From sequence record AP018399.1: a stretch of DNA of 64,000 nt; one strand, 5' to 3'. Under the pieces are notes generated by a model. That model was not told where the DNA came from, searched no databases, and was given only the letters and a program-made list of their open reading frames with translations. Below are positions 25,166-35,582 of the stretch, one piece after another (position 1 is the stretch's first letter; every line of letters starts with the position of its first letter). The translations under genes were made by a program, and so were the position numbers.

Positions 25166-27079
25166 TTATAGGTTGTACTTGTCCTTGAATTCGTCCGGAG
25201 TCATGACGGTCACGCCAAGGTCACGGGCCTTCTTGGACTTACCTGAATTGCTCTTGGCGTCGTGGGTCAGCAGATATGTCGTCTTCTTGGAGACACCCGA
25301 ACCAATCTTGCCACCACGCTTCTCAATCTCGGCCGCAAGGTCAGCATCACGGAAGCCCGTCATCACCACCTGTACGTCCTTCAACTCATCCGTCTTGGTC
25401 ACAGTGACCAAAGTCACGTAGCCAGAGGACAAGAGATTGCTGATGAATTTGTGGCTAAGAGCCAGCCCGTTCGAAATCTGGCGAGCGGTCTTGCTGTCAA
25501 AACCTTCCATCAGAGCGATATCGGCTGTAGTCAGACCCCACACGTTGCCATTGTCCGCACCGGAAATCAGAGCCTTTGCCTTTCGGATACCGAAGCCCAC
25601 GCCCATGAACTTGGACGCACCCAGCAGGGTTGCCAGTTCGACGTTCTGCAAGCGGCGATGCAGGCTCAGGTAGCTCTTGACGCCATTGGAGCCAATCGCC
25701 TTCTCCCACTCGTTCTGCTTGAGGTCGATGATGGTGTAGATGATGTTCTCGTAGCTCTCGCTCCACAGGTCGAACGCATCGAACAGCTTGGTCAAGCTGG
25801 ATTCCTTGAGCAGTTCGACGTTCAACTTCTCAACGAAGTCAAGAACCTGCTTCAACTTAACCTGTGGGTTGTTGTCAGCATTTTCAAGTACAATCTCTAC
25901 TTCGGTTTCGTTCCAGCCCCACTTGCCGAACACGGCTTCGTCCGGCAGCATCGTGCGAAGAGCCTTGGAGGTCACTTCGGTGATGTACGGGATAACGGTA
26001 CCGGACTTGGTGATGCGAATCTTTGCACCCGTACCAATGCCGTTGTCACGGATGAACTTGCCGTTGAAGCCGGTGGCATAGGTCACGGTCGTACCGAACA
26101 AGTCAACCGGCATGATTTCCACACGCGGCTTGAGATAGCCCGACTTGGAAATTTCCCAGATGACACGGGTAACTTCGGCTGGGACGATGTTGCTTTCATC
26201 GTTGACCTTGTACTTGCACGAATGTTCCGGGTTCAGAGACACGCTGTTGCGCTGACCCTGAGCCGCTTCGATTTCGTCGGCAGTGATTACGATGCCGTCC
26301 AGTTCATACGGACTGGTGGAACGAACTTCACGCAGGAAGTTCTTGAGGTAGGTATCGTCCACCTTCGGGCCAGCAGTGACGACTTCATACGGCACAACAT
26401 CGAAGCCATTCATTTCAAGGCGCTGAATTTGCTTGACCTTAGAACGGTCCATCGTGGCCGACGTGGCAACGATTTCGTAAGCCACGAAGTCAATGTCGGC
26501 AATCTGTTCCTTGATGGAATCGCTACGGTTCATGGTACCAGCGACCATGACGCGAGGATTCTTGAACTTGGTCGCCCACTTCTGCTTGAACGTGTCGTTC
26601 TTCATGATGATTTCGCCACGGATTACCGTATAGCTGTCATCACCAAGCTTCGGGGGAACGCTCTTGATGAGCTTGACGTGGCGGGTAATGTCAGCACCTT
26701 CGGTACCGTTACCACGGCTGTATGCGATTTCCAGTTCACCGTTGCGGTAGACGAGCATACAACTGATGCCGTCCAGCTTGTCAGTGATGACGATGCGCTT
26801 GCCGTTTAGGCGGTACTTAGAAAGCCATCCCTGAATTTCACCCTCATACACTTGGTCGAGAGAACCCATCGTGTACGGCAGCTTGATTTTGCCACCACGA
26901 ATGTCCGAACCAATGCGGGAGAAGTACGAATGTGAAGGGTTTTGCGCGAAAGCGCGCTTCTTCAAACGGTCGTACTCCGAATCTGTCATCAGGTCCGGAG
27001 CGGTGGAGTTGAAGTAGGCATCGTCAGCCTTCACCAGAAGGTCGATAATGTCGTCAAAGTCGAGGTCGTTGGTACTCAT
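25166..27079 (-). CDS. ligA: NAD-dependent DNA ligase
   Basis: DSEYD, MGSL, KLDG, SRG, RGE, DG; OB fold; C-terminal BRCT (GSGVSKKTxYL..KSKKARDLGV). Confidence 0.93.
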   Translation of the reverse strand: MSTNDLDFDDIIDLLVKADDAYFNSTAPDLMTDSEYDRLKKRAFAQNPSHSYFSRIGSDIRGGKIKLPYTMGSLDQVYEGEIQGWLSKYRLNGKRIVITDKLDGISCMLVYRNGELEIAYSRGNGTEGADITRHVKLIKSVPPKLGDDSYTVIRGEIIMKNDTFKQKWATKFKNPRVMVAGTMNRSDSIKEQIADIDFVAYEIVATSATMDRSKVKQIQRLEMNGFDVVPYEVVTAGPKVDDTYLKNFLREVRSTSPYELDGIVITADEIEAAQGQRNSVSLNPEHSCKYKVNDESNIVPAEVTRVIWEISKSGYLKPRVEIMPVDLFGTTVTYATGFNGKFIRDNGIGTGAKIRITKSGTVIPYITEVTSKALRTMLPDEAVFGKWGWNETEVEIVLENADNNPQVKLKQVLDFVEKLNVELLKESSLTKLFDAFDLWSESYENIIYTIIDLKQNEWEKAIGSNGVKSYLSLHRRLQNVELATLLGASKFMGVGFGIRKAKALISGADNGNVWGLTTADIALMEGFDSKTARQISNGLALSHKFISNLLSSGYVTLVTVTKTDELKDVQVVMTGFRDADLAAEIEKRGGKIGSGVSKKTTYLLTHDAKSNSGKSKKARDLGVTVMTPDEFKDKYNL

Positions 27080-27101
27080 GGGTGTCCTTAAAGTTTCCGC
27101 A

Positions 27102-27130
27102 ATTATACCAGATTAGGTCGGGGATGGCAA
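27102..27130 (-). promoter_or_regulatory. sigma70-type promoter
   Basis: TTGCCA-17-TATAAT. Confidence 0.75.
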
Positions 27131-27139
27131 GGAAAGGTT

Positions 27140-27147
27140 AATAAATA
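27140..27147 (+). promoter_or_regulatory. T4-like late promoter
   Basis: AATAAATA. Confidence 0.6.
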
Positions 27148-27171
27148 AGAAAACAACCTTGAGAACCCTAG

Positions 27172-27435
27172 ATGCACACCGCTGAGTACAAGTACCAAGT
27201 CGGCCAAACGGTCTACGAAGTGGACTACGACAATAAAGAAATTAGAACAGCCACAGTCTTGCAGGTTAGCATAGACCTGTATTCAGATTCAAGGGGTGAT
27301 GTTGCTCAAGAAAATACCTACACAATTCAGCTACTTACGGGCATGGATTGTTCCGAGAACGTAGAGTGTGATGAGTCTCAATTGTTTGAAACTGCTGCGG
27401 AAGCAGCGGATGCATTGGAACAGGTGCTAAACTAA
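27172..27435 (+). CDS. small late protein, paralogue of the N-terminal domain of the next gene
   Basis: YKYQVGQTVY...ESQLFETAAEA vs YKFNPGETAY...ESDVFETFDEA. Confidence 0.75.
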   Translation: MHTAEYKYQVGQTVYEVDYDNKEIRTATVLQVSIDLYSDSRGDVAQENTYTIQLLTGMDCSENVECDESQLFETAAEAADALEQVLN

Positions 27436-30400
27436 TGGCTTTCGAAATCGACTACAAGTTCAATCCCGGTGAAACCGCCTACGTTGTAAACCGTGGAACA
27501 TTTTCGGTCCACAAGGGCAAGGTCTACAGCGTCCAGATTAAATCTTTTAAGGATGACGACGGGCTAGGAACCACCATTTGGTATTCGTTGAGCCTTGAAG
27601 ATGGTACCGGCGTAGATGCCGTTGAATCGGACGTGTTCGAAACGTTTGACGAAGCCACAGCTTCGCTACTTGCGACACCGACACCGACAGCAACCCGTAC
27701 AGTCACACCGACACCGACACTAACTCGTACTCCTACACCTACGGCGTCACGTACACCAACTCCGTCTCCAACTTTGACACAGACGGTGACTCCGACTGTG
27801 ACTGCATCAATTGCTGCATCACCAACTGCTACGCCGACACGTACACCAGTTGCAACACGTAGCCCAACACCAAGCGTAACTGCAACAATTACCCCGACAG
27901 TGACCCGTACTACAACGGCTTCTGCAACTCCAACTCCTACCGTTACAGGAACCCCAGCTACAACAGCAACGGCAACTCCAACGGTGACTCCGACTGGAAC
28001 GAATTCCGTTTCACCGACCCCTTCGATTACCCCAACTATTACACCATCACCGACACCTATTGATGCTGTAGTCAGCCTAATTAATGTGCCAACAACTGTT
28101 ACAGGTCAACAGGCATTTGCTCCTACTGACGTAGCATTCTCACCAGTCAGTGGTGTATTGGTTGCCGTATACAATGATACCTCACGACCAGTACCAAAGT
28201 ATTCTACGACACAAGGCCAAACATGGCAAGATGCTATCGTAACTGGCTCACCTTCTAAGGCGGCATTCGTTGTTTGGTGTGATGCCCCATTGAACTACTT
28301 CGTTGCTGGTATTGACGAAGAACAACAGAAGCTTATGAAGTCGTATGATGGTATCACTTGGGAAGTGATTTCAACTTCTATCCCAAGCAATACCAATCAG
28401 TTCAATTCTCAGCAAGGCGTTGACGCTTATTGGATTCAAGAAACTCGTTCTATCGTCGCCAAGAGTGGTGCATACATCACTGTATCTCACGACGGTGGTT
28501 TGACGTGGGATATCCTTGACCAGTTCAACGGCTCATTCCCCGGTCCGGGCACAATGGCTTATGCCCCATCAGCCAGATTGCTTGTATCCTCAATGTATGG
28601 TCAGACCAATTGGCTAGTTTCGGACTTCTCTGGAACAGTCATGGTTCTATTGCCTCGTTTCTTCCGTAACGTTGTGTGGAACGACGTAGAAAATCTCTTC
28701 TATGCCGTCTCTGATAACAACAACGAAACTTATACGATTTACTCGTCACCGGACGGCTTTGACTGGACTGAATACGGTGTCATGAGTGTGCCGTGGTCAC
28801 TAGGTCAGCCGACAGTGTTGGCGTGGTCGTCAACACTAGGGGTGTACCTATTCAAATTTGCATTTGAAGGCACATATCAGTCTGAGGATTTGTTGACTTG
28901 GACATTGGTACCTGAAACTGGAAGCCGCGTCGGTGTGGGTGGATATAACATCCATATCATCGACTCCATCCGTAAGGCGTTCATTACTGGTGTAACGTCA
29001 ACCGTTGCTTCAAATAACTTGGGTGTCGTCTATGACGTTAACCATCCGCTACCGAGCGTGATGGCAACCAGCACACCAACTCCAACCCCAGCGTCGTCTA
29101 ACCAGCCAACTCCAACCCCAACTAGCACCCCTGCGGTTCTATCCAACTTCACATTCACCACGACACGTCTAGACAACGAGACAGATGCGTTTGATATGTC
29201 CGTGAACTCAGTTGCATACTCGCCAACGTTGGGTATCTCGGTAGCCGTGGGTGAAAGTATTTCTGGTAATCCGGTAAACATCGCCTACACAGCAGATGGT
29301 ATCAACTGGAATAAGGCAAATGTCACATGGACTACAACGAGCATTCCAGCCATTACATGGGATAAGGACCATGAGCTATTCTATGCTGTGTCGTTCGACA
29401 ACAAGACTTTGATTTCAGATGATGGCATCAATTGGGATGAAAGCGATAATGACCTTGCCGGAACGATTTCTACTTCGGTGGGTCGCTTCGAATACTATAG
29501 CTCTGTGCAGAAGTACATTGCGGTAGGTTACCCGCAGAGCCGAGCATACGTGTCGGATAATGCGGTGGACTGGAACCAAATTTCAACCGGATTCACCGTG
29601 TTCGGTTCCACAAGTTCTGATACTGCTGTCATCCTATTTGGTACCGGTCAGGCCAATTATGCCTACTCTACTGACGGCGAGAGCTACGCTCAGTTGTGGC
29701 TACAAGGAAAGAACATCACAGCTATCGGTTACAATCCAGTAGCCAAAACCTTCAATGGTATTGTAACTGACCAAATGACCGGTGACCTTGAATGGGTTAC
29801 AAGTAATGATGGTCTAGTTTGGTCATCTACTCCGATTAATTCATGGCCGGGGTCCATTAACTCATTCATGGGACCACAGAATCAACTATCATGGAGCAAC
29901 ATCCTAGGCGGCTTCATCTTTAGCAGCCCGCCAAATGCTTCTGTAGCGGTTTCTCGCAACGGTGTTGATTGGTTCGATGCGAATATTTCAAATAACGAAG
30001 CGTCCACCAACATCGGTCGCGTGGCCGACCACGAAGCTAGCAATGTAATTCTAATGGCATCGTGCTGTGGTCAGTACAATAACGTGTTGGTTGGCTACAA
30101 CGTAAGCAATCCTCCAATTTTCCAGACTACACCTACTCCGACTCCTACGCCTTCGGTTACCCCAAGTGCAGTAGTATCGGAACGCTATCTGGCCCTAACC
30201 AGCATCAACGATAATGGTCAGTTGTACGTAACTGACATGGATTCCGTATCTGGTTTGGGTTCACTGGACCAGTTGATTCCCGACATTCTACCTGACAACG
30301 CAAATCCAATTGGTGTTGCCGTTGGCGGTCGTATTCACATGGTCGTGTATAATGAAGACTACACCGCTCGCACTATATCCAGTATGACATACAGTGATGG

Positions 30401-31214
30401 TGGTCTTGACACCAGCAGTGCGTACACTACTGCTCTTGTCGGTGATTTGAATTCCGTAACGTTGTATGAATACAATGGAAAACTACTAGTCATGCGCAGT
30501 TTGACCAACGGTGACATGAACTTCGATGTATACACTGTAGGTGCAACCGAATTGACTTTGGATTACACGACTCTATTCACTCGCGGATTCCTATCACGCG
30601 AATTTGTACTTGAACAGGTTGCAGGTAAGTTGATTACTGCCGTCGTCAACGAATCGGCAGCTAAAACTATCTTTACTGAATATTCTGACACCGGTACGGA
30701 GTTCTTGGTCGGCAACACGTATGAATACAATGCGTTCACCGGAGTATATCCAAATACGTACACCGGAACGAACCTCATGTTCGTTGATGGAAACAAGATT
30801 TACGCATTGCCATACGATTCATCGACCGGATTTGGTACTCCGGTTGAAACATTCGACCCACAGACCTATTATCCGGGTATCACAGTTGGATGGTCACTGG
30901 ACGCAATTGACGGTGCCAATGGATTCTTGTATTCTTCATACGCTGACCTTGACGATGATGAAAAGCACATCAATGTCTTCTCATGGGACAACGATTGGAA
31001 CTTGACTCTTGAGAATGATATCACCGATACGGATGTTACATCAAGTGCTTCTGGTGGTAAAATGGCAACCGTTAACAACAGTGTAGGCTTTGGCTATACA
31101 CAGATTCCGTTCAATGGACTCATCTACAATGGAACCACCATTGTCATCGCGGGTGAACGCAACATTGACGGATTCTTTAGCATTGCTGGTAGCAATCTGA
31201 TTAAGCTTAATTAA
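27435..31214 (+). CDS. large virion fibre/adhesin-like protein: Pro/Thr linkers and Asp-box beta-propellers
   Basis: three PT tracts (~27675-28060, 29065-29130, 30125-30170); ~11 SxDGxxW Asp-box motifs. Confidence 0.75.
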   Translation: MAFEIDYKFNPGETAYVVNRGTFSVHKGKVYSVQIKSFKDDDGLGTTIWYSLSLEDGTGVDAVESDVFETFDEATASLLATPTPTATRTVTPTPTLTRTPTPTASRTPTPSPTLTQTVTPTVTASIAASPTATPTRTPVATRSPTPSVTATITPTVTRTTTASATPTPTVTGTPATTATATPTVTPTGTNSVSPTPSITPTITPSPTPIDAVVSLINVPTTVTGQQAFAPTDVAFSPVSGVLVAVYNDTSRPVPKYSTTQGQTWQDAIVTGSPSKAAFVVWCDAPLNYFVAGIDEEQQKLMKSYDGITWEVISTSIPSNTNQFNSQQGVDAYWIQETRSIVAKSGAYITVSHDGGLTWDILDQFNGSFPGPGTMAYAPSARLLVSSMYGQTNWLVSDFSGTVMVLLPRFFRNVVWNDVENLFYAVSDNNNETYTIYSSPDGFDWTEYGVMSVPWSLGQPTVLAWSSTLGVYLFKFAFEGTYQSEDLLTWTLVPETGSRVGVGGYNIHIIDSIRKAFITGVTSTVASNNLGVVYDVNHPLPSVMATSTPTPTPASSNQPTPTPTSTPAVLSNFTFTTTRLDNETDAFDMSVNSVAYSPTLGISVAVGESISGNPVNIAYTADGINWNKANVTWTTTSIPAITWDKDHELFYAVSFDNKTLISDDGINWDESDNDLAGTISTSVGRFEYYSSVQKYIAVGYPQSRAYVSDNAVDWNQISTGFTVFGSTSSDTAVILFGTGQANYAYSTDGESYAQLWLQGKNITAIGYNPVAKTFNGIVTDQMTGDLEWVTSNDGLVWSSTPINSWPGSINSFMGPQNQLSWSNILGGFIFSSPPNASVAVSRNGVDWFDANISNNEASTNIGRVADHEASNVILMASCCGQYNNVLVGYNVSNPPIFQTTPTPTPTPSVTPSAVVSERYLALTSINDNGQLYVTDMDSVSGLGSLDQLIPDILPDNANPIGVAVGGRIHMVVYNEDYTARTISSMTYSDGGLDTSSAYTTALVGDLNSVTLYEYNGKLLVMRSLTNGDMNFDVYTVGATELTLDYTTLFTRGFLSREFVLEQVAGKLITAVVNESAAKTIFTEYSDTGTEFLVGNTYEYNAFTGVYPNTYTGTNLMFVDGNKIYALPYDSSTGFGTPVETFDPQTYYPGITVGWSLDAIDGANGFLYSSYADLDDDEKHINVFSWDNDWNLTLENDITDTDVTSSASGGKMATVNNSVGFGYTQIPFNGLIYNGTTIVIAGERNIDGFFSIAGSNLIKLN

Positions 31215-31222
31215 ATAAAAAT

Positions 31223-31251
31223 TTGCTTTGCCAATTCAGTTGATATATACT
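31223..31251 (+). promoter_or_regulatory. sigma70-type promoter
   Basis: TTGCTT-17-TATACT. Confidence 0.65.
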
Positions 31252-31281
31252 TCCGTACCGAAGGACTGTATCAAATAAATT

Positions 31282-33153
31282 ATGACAAAGAAAATTGAAG
31301 ACCGTTTTAAGAAGCTGACAGAAGTCGAACACGTACTGGCCCGTCCGGGCCGGTACATCGGTGTGACCGACCCAAAGGCAATCGAAACCCACGTCATCAA
31401 GGACGGGAAGGTAGAGTGGCGTGAGGTAACTTATAGCCCAGCCTTCCTTAAACTATTTGACGAAATCATTTCGAATTCCGCCGACTTCTCCAAGACCGCA
31501 GAAGGTAAGCATGTCAATAAGATTGAAGTGACCATCGACCCAGCCAAAGGTTCGATTTCAGTCTTTGACAATGGTGGTATCCCTGTTGTGAAGCATCCGG
31601 AGTACGACCAGTACGTTCCGGACATGATTTTCGGTGAGCTACGTTCAGGCTCCAACTTCGATGACGAAGCTGATTCCGTTACCACGGGTCAGAATGGTGA
31701 AGGCTCAACCCTTACCAACATCTTCTCAACTGAGTTCATCGTGGACACCGCAGACGGTAAGAACCGCTTCCTGTGTGGCTACTACGACAACTTGCACCGC
31801 AAGGACACCCCGAAGGTCACCAAGACCTCCAAGAATTACACACAGATTACCTACACGCCCGACTACAAGCGTCTTGGCATCACGCTAGATGCTGACCATA
31901 TGGCGATGCTTGAACGTCGTGTGTACGAGATTGCAGCTACCAATACGCACCTGAAAGTGTACTTGAATGGCAAGCTCATCAACTTCAAGGGCTTCAAGGA
32001 CTACGTAGCTCTGTTCAGCGACAATGCCATCAATTTCGGCACTGACCGCTTCCAAGCTGCTGTCTTCCACAGCAAGAACGGATTCCAGCAAATCAACTTC
32101 GTCAACAGTACGAACGTCTTCCAAGGCGGTACGCACATTGACGCATTGATGAACACCATTGTGGCTGGTATCCGTGAGCATGTGAAGAAGAAAACCAAGC
32201 AGGATATCAAGCCGTCCGATATCAAGAACCACTTCTTCCTGATGGGTACGTTCACCATCAACAACCCTCGTTACAACTCACAGACAAAGGAATTCCTACA
32301 GACTGCGGTCAAGGACTTCGGTATGTCTCTGGACGTTCCGGACAAGGTGATTCAGCAAATCATCAAGTCAGAAATCGTACAGGAAATCATTGAGTGGGCC
32401 GAGAACAAGAAGGCTCTTGAGGACTTGGCTGCACTCAAGAAGAAGAACAAGGATATCGACAAGAGCGGTACTGCTGCTCTACGTGCGATTACTAAGTACG
32501 AACCGGCTACGTCGAAGCTACGCCACAAGTGTACGCTCTTCATCGCCGAAGGTGACTCTGCGGCCAAGGCTCTACAGTCGGCTCGTGACCCTGAATTCCA
32601 CGGTGTATTCCCGTTGAAGGGTAAGCCAGTGAACGTTCGTGGCATGAAGATTAAGCAGCTACTTGAGAACAAGGAACTGGAATCTTTGATGACCATCCTT
32701 GGCCTACAGTTCGGCAAAGACCACAAGCTGTCCGAATTGCGCTATAATGAACTGGTGGTCGCTACCGACCAAGACCTTGACGGATTCCACCTGTGTGGCC
32801 TGCTGTTCAATATGTTCCATGAACTGTGGCCCGGTCTGTTGAAGCAAGGCTTCCTGTTCAAGCTACAGACTCCGATTGTTCGCGTCACTCAGAACAAGAA
32901 GGAAATCGAATTCATTTACTTGGAAGATTTCCAGAAGTGGGAAGAGAAGCAGACCAAGAACAACTACTCGGCTTCGTACTTGAAGGGTCTGGGTAGCAAC
33001 GATACCAAATACTTTAAGGAATATATGTTCAAGCCGGAATACAAGGTACCGATTCTGTTCAAGGGTAATGCCGACAAGCAGGCTCTTGATATCGCGTTCG
33101 ACAAGGCCAAGGCCGACGACCGCAAGAAGTTCATCTACGGAGACGTAGCATGA
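31282..33153 (+). CDS. DNA topoisomerase II large subunit (T4 gp39+60-like)
   Basis: EHVLARPGRYIG, EIISNSAD, GQNGEG, EGDSA, PLKGK, DQDLDG, KGLGS. Confidence 0.95.
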   Translation: MTKKIEDRFKKLTEVEHVLARPGRYIGVTDPKAIETHVIKDGKVEWREVTYSPAFLKLFDEIISNSADFSKTAEGKHVNKIEVTIDPAKGSISVFDNGGIPVVKHPEYDQYVPDMIFGELRSGSNFDDEADSVTTGQNGEGSTLTNIFSTEFIVDTADGKNRFLCGYYDNLHRKDTPKVTKTSKNYTQITYTPDYKRLGITLDADHMAMLERRVYEIAATNTHLKVYLNGKLINFKGFKDYVALFSDNAINFGTDRFQAAVFHSKNGFQQINFVNSTNVFQGGTHIDALMNTIVAGIREHVKKKTKQDIKPSDIKNHFFLMGTFTINNPRYNSQTKEFLQTAVKDFGMSLDVPDKVIQQIIKSEIVQEIIEWAENKKALEDLAALKKKNKDIDKSGTAALRAITKYEPATSKLRHKCTLFIAEGDSAAKALQSARDPEFHGVFPLKGKPVNVRGMKIKQLLENKELESLMTILGLQFGKDHKLSELRYNELVVATDQDLDGFHLCGLLFNMFHELWPGLLKQGFLFKLQTPIVRVTQNKKEIEFIYLEDFQKWEEKQTKNNYSASYLKGLGSNDTKYFKEYMFKPEYKVPILFKGNADKQALDIAFDKAKADDRKKFIYGDVA

Positions 33154-34475
33154 GCCAGCAACCAATCAGAGTCCTAGACTTCATCGCAAATGAGTGGGCA
33201 CAGTACGCGGACTACGACAATCGCCGTTCGCTACCGCACATCATGGACGGCTTGAAGATTACGCAGCGTAAGGCCATGTACACGGCCACGTTGCTACCGA
33301 AGGGAGACAAGCCTACCCGCGTCAGCCAGTTCTCGTCAGAGGCCGCTAAGGTCACTGCATATCACCACGGCGAGTCATCAATGATTTCGACGGTGGTTGG
33401 TCTGGCACAAGACTATCCGGGCAGCAACAACTATCCGTGGCTTGAAAAGCATGGTCAGTTTGGTTCGCGTCTGTCCAACGACTCGGCGGCTCCACGTTAC
33501 ATTCACACCAAGCTCCACAAGAATTGGGACACTTTCTTCAAGAAGGAAGACCAAGAGATTGTCGAACACCTGTACGACGATGGTGACAAGATTGAACCCA
33601 AGTATTTTATTCCGGTGGTTCCGACTGTCCTACTGAACGGTGCAGACGGCGTAGGTAACGGCTACAAGGCCAAGATTCTTACTTACGATGTTGCAGCGGT
33701 CGCCAAGGCTCTCCGCGAGATTGTGAAGGGTGGCAAGGTCAAGACGCCTCTCATCCCGCATATCGTTGGCTGGAAGGGTAAGATTGAGAAGCAGGAACGT
33801 CAGGTCATCCTAACCGGTGTCATGGAAGTGGTTCACTCCACCAAGATTCGTATCACCGAACTTCCACCGAACTACGACAATGAGAAGTACAAGAAGCTCC
33901 TGAATCAGCTAATCGAAGACGGTACGGTCAAGGACTACGAGAACAAGTCCACAGAAGAGAAGTGGGATTGGATTATCCACGTTCCTCGCACGACGACCAG
34001 CCTGACCGAAGACAAGCTCATGGATATGTTCGGCTTGGTCGAGAAGACCACTGAGAACTTCGTGTGCTGGGGTATGGATGCCAAGGCTCCCATGACCTTC
34101 GACGGCCCAGAAGCGTTGATTGAGCATTGGTACGTTGAGCGCATCAAGCTGTACGAGAAGTCCATTGCACATCAGATTGCCAAGTGCCGTGAAGAAATCG
34201 TCCGTGCAGACTTGAAGCAGCGTTTCATCAAGTGGTGTTTGAAGAATGACTTCCGCAAGCTGACTCGCAAGGAATTCATCGAACAGTCGGTAGCCGGTGT
34301 CAAGAACCTGACCGAAGCTGTTGCGGGTGACTTCGTGGCGATGCCTATGTACCGCATCACGACTGACGAAGTGGAGAAGCTACTTGCCGAGATTGATGCT
34401 CTCATGGACAAGCTGGAAGAACTGGAACAGTTGACACCAGTCATCCTAATGGAACGAAACATAAAGGGGCTATAA
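33150..34475 (+). CDS. DNA topoisomerase II medium subunit (T4 gp52-like)
   Basis: DGLKxxQRK, YHHGESS, GQFGSR, AAPRYI (active Tyr). Confidence 0.95.
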   Translation: MSQQPIRVLDFIANEWAQYADYDNRRSLPHIMDGLKITQRKAMYTATLLPKGDKPTRVSQFSSEAAKVTAYHHGESSMISTVVGLAQDYPGSNNYPWLEKHGQFGSRLSNDSAAPRYIHTKLHKNWDTFFKKEDQEIVEHLYDDGDKIEPKYFIPVVPTVLLNGADGVGNGYKAKILTYDVAAVAKALREIVKGGKVKTPLIPHIVGWKGKIEKQERQVILTGVMEVVHSTKIRITELPPNYDNEKYKKLLNQLIEDGTVKDYENKSTEEKWDWIIHVPRTTTSLTEDKLMDMFGLVEKTTENFVCWGMDAKAPMTFDGPEALIEHWYVERIKLYEKSIAHQIAKCREEIVRADLKQRFIKWCLKNDFRKLTRKEFIEQSVAGVKNLTEAVAGDFVAMPMYRITTDEVEKLLAEIDALMDKLEELEQLTPVILMERNIKGL

Positions 34476-34488
34476 GCCCCTTTTGTTT
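34463..34488. terminator. bidirectional intrinsic terminator
   Basis: AAAGGGGCT-ata-AGCCCCTTTT. Confidence 0.85.
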
Positions 34489-34684
34489 ATCTGAATTTCT
34501 TCGGCCATCGTATTGTACAGCCCGGTTCGATTGGAATCATGATGGGCATCGGCTCATGTGGATTCTTCCGATACTCTTCAATCTCCGCTGCACGTCGCTC
34601 TTGGTCGAACGCCCATAGCGAAACAGACGGTTGCTTGCGCTTCCGTCTGTCCTTATTGGGGATTTCCTGATTACAGTAGGTCAC
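34487..34684 (-). CDS. hypothetical protein
   Basis: 65 aa, ends at terminator. Confidence 0.5.
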   Translation of the reverse strand: MTYCNQEIPNKDRRKRKQPSVSLWAFDQERRAAEIEEYRKNPHEPMPIMIPIEPGCTIRWPKKFR

Positions 34685-34823
34685 CTAGGCTGTCCAATCC
34701 GTGTTGCATGAGTTCCTTGTTCTTCTCTTCACTCAGCTTCTTGGTCGTGTCCATCCCACAAGTGTCCGACTCTAGCGGACAACCTTCCTCTTCTTCCTGC
34801 TTCTTATCTGTATCCGTAACCAC
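34671..34823 (-). CDS. 50-aa hypothetical protein (below track cut-off)
   Basis: GTG after GGAA; MVTDTDKKQEEEEGCPLESDTCG...; fills the gap between neighbours. Confidence 0.45.
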   Translation of the reverse strand: MVTDTDKKQEEEEGCPLESDTCGMDTTKKLSEEKNKELMQHGLDSLGDLL

Positions 34824-35001
34824 TGTCTAGTTCCTGTCTGATTTTCTTAATTGATTTACCATTCTTGGTCAGTTCGACCGAAATGGTGATGGTACTGCTA
34901 TTGTCCGAAGACTGCAACAGGGTGATACGACCCTGTTGCATGAGTTCCTTCACAGTACGATACATTTCCAATTGCTTTGAATCGTCGTCTGAAAGAGCCA
35001 T
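34804..35001 (-). CDS. hypothetical protein
   Basis: TAATG-coupled to acb1-like gene. Confidence 0.65.
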   Translation of the reverse strand: MALSDDDSKQLEMYRTVKELMQQGRITLLQSSDNSSTITISVELTKNGKSIKKIRQELDSGYGYR

Positions 35002-35573
35002 TATTTATCGTCCTCTTTCTTCTCGTCGTCCTTGTCATCGCTGGCATCCTTGGCCCAATCAAGGTTGAGGGGTTCGTAATACTCTTCGGCGATTTCAATC
35101 TTGTCGATGTGTTCCTTAATGTCGAAGTCCTTTGGAATCTGCCAGTCTTCGCCCACGTCGTAACACAGGGTTGCATGAATCTTGTATTCATCGTAGTCGT
35201 ACTGTGCCCCGTATTCCTTGTTGAAATACTCGTGACGTTCCTTCATTTCCGGACAGTCGAAGCGCAGCACTAGAGCGCGACTACCAGACTGCGTAGGGAA
35301 GATTTCAAGCTTGGTTGGAGTACCAATCCAAGGCTCTTTCATCTTACCGTGGATGGTGAAGTCCTTGAACGGCTTGCGACTGTACACGATGGTGCAGTGC
35401 ATCTTCTTACGTTCGACACGGTTTTCCTTCGAAATACCCAGAGTTTCCGCTAGCTTGGCTAGCTTGTTCTGAGTGGCCTTTGAAAAGTGTACCGCAATGT
35501 ATGTTCCGTCTTTGCCGAGTTCGGTGATTCGTGTTTCCTTCTCAAGCAAAATTTCTGCCAAATGTCTACCCAT
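35001..35573 (-). CDS. acb1: 2H phosphodiesterase, Acb1/T4 57B-like anti-CBASS nuclease
   Basis: GxYxAxxFS, HCTIVYSR, GAxxDxDxYxxHATLCYDVG, EYYEPLNLDWA match T4 57B as I recall it. Confidence 0.82.
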   Translation of the reverse strand: MGRHLAEILLEKETRITELGKDGTYIAVHFSKATQNKLAKLAETLGISKENRVERKKMHCTIVYSRKPFKDFTIHGKMKEPWIGTPTKLEIFPTQSGSRALVLRFDCPEMKERHEYFNKEYGAQYDYDEYKIHATLCYDVGEDWQIPKDFDIKEHIDKIEIAEEYYEPLNLDWAKDASDDKDDEKKEDDK

Positions 35574-35582
35574 TATGAATCC

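Noticed and set aside
25262-26809. 515-aa plus-strand ORF
   Set aside because: Antisense shadow of ligA caused by codon bias; no RBS or motifs. The same applies to 41150-41854, 43538-44164, 47683-48570 and 52546-53451.
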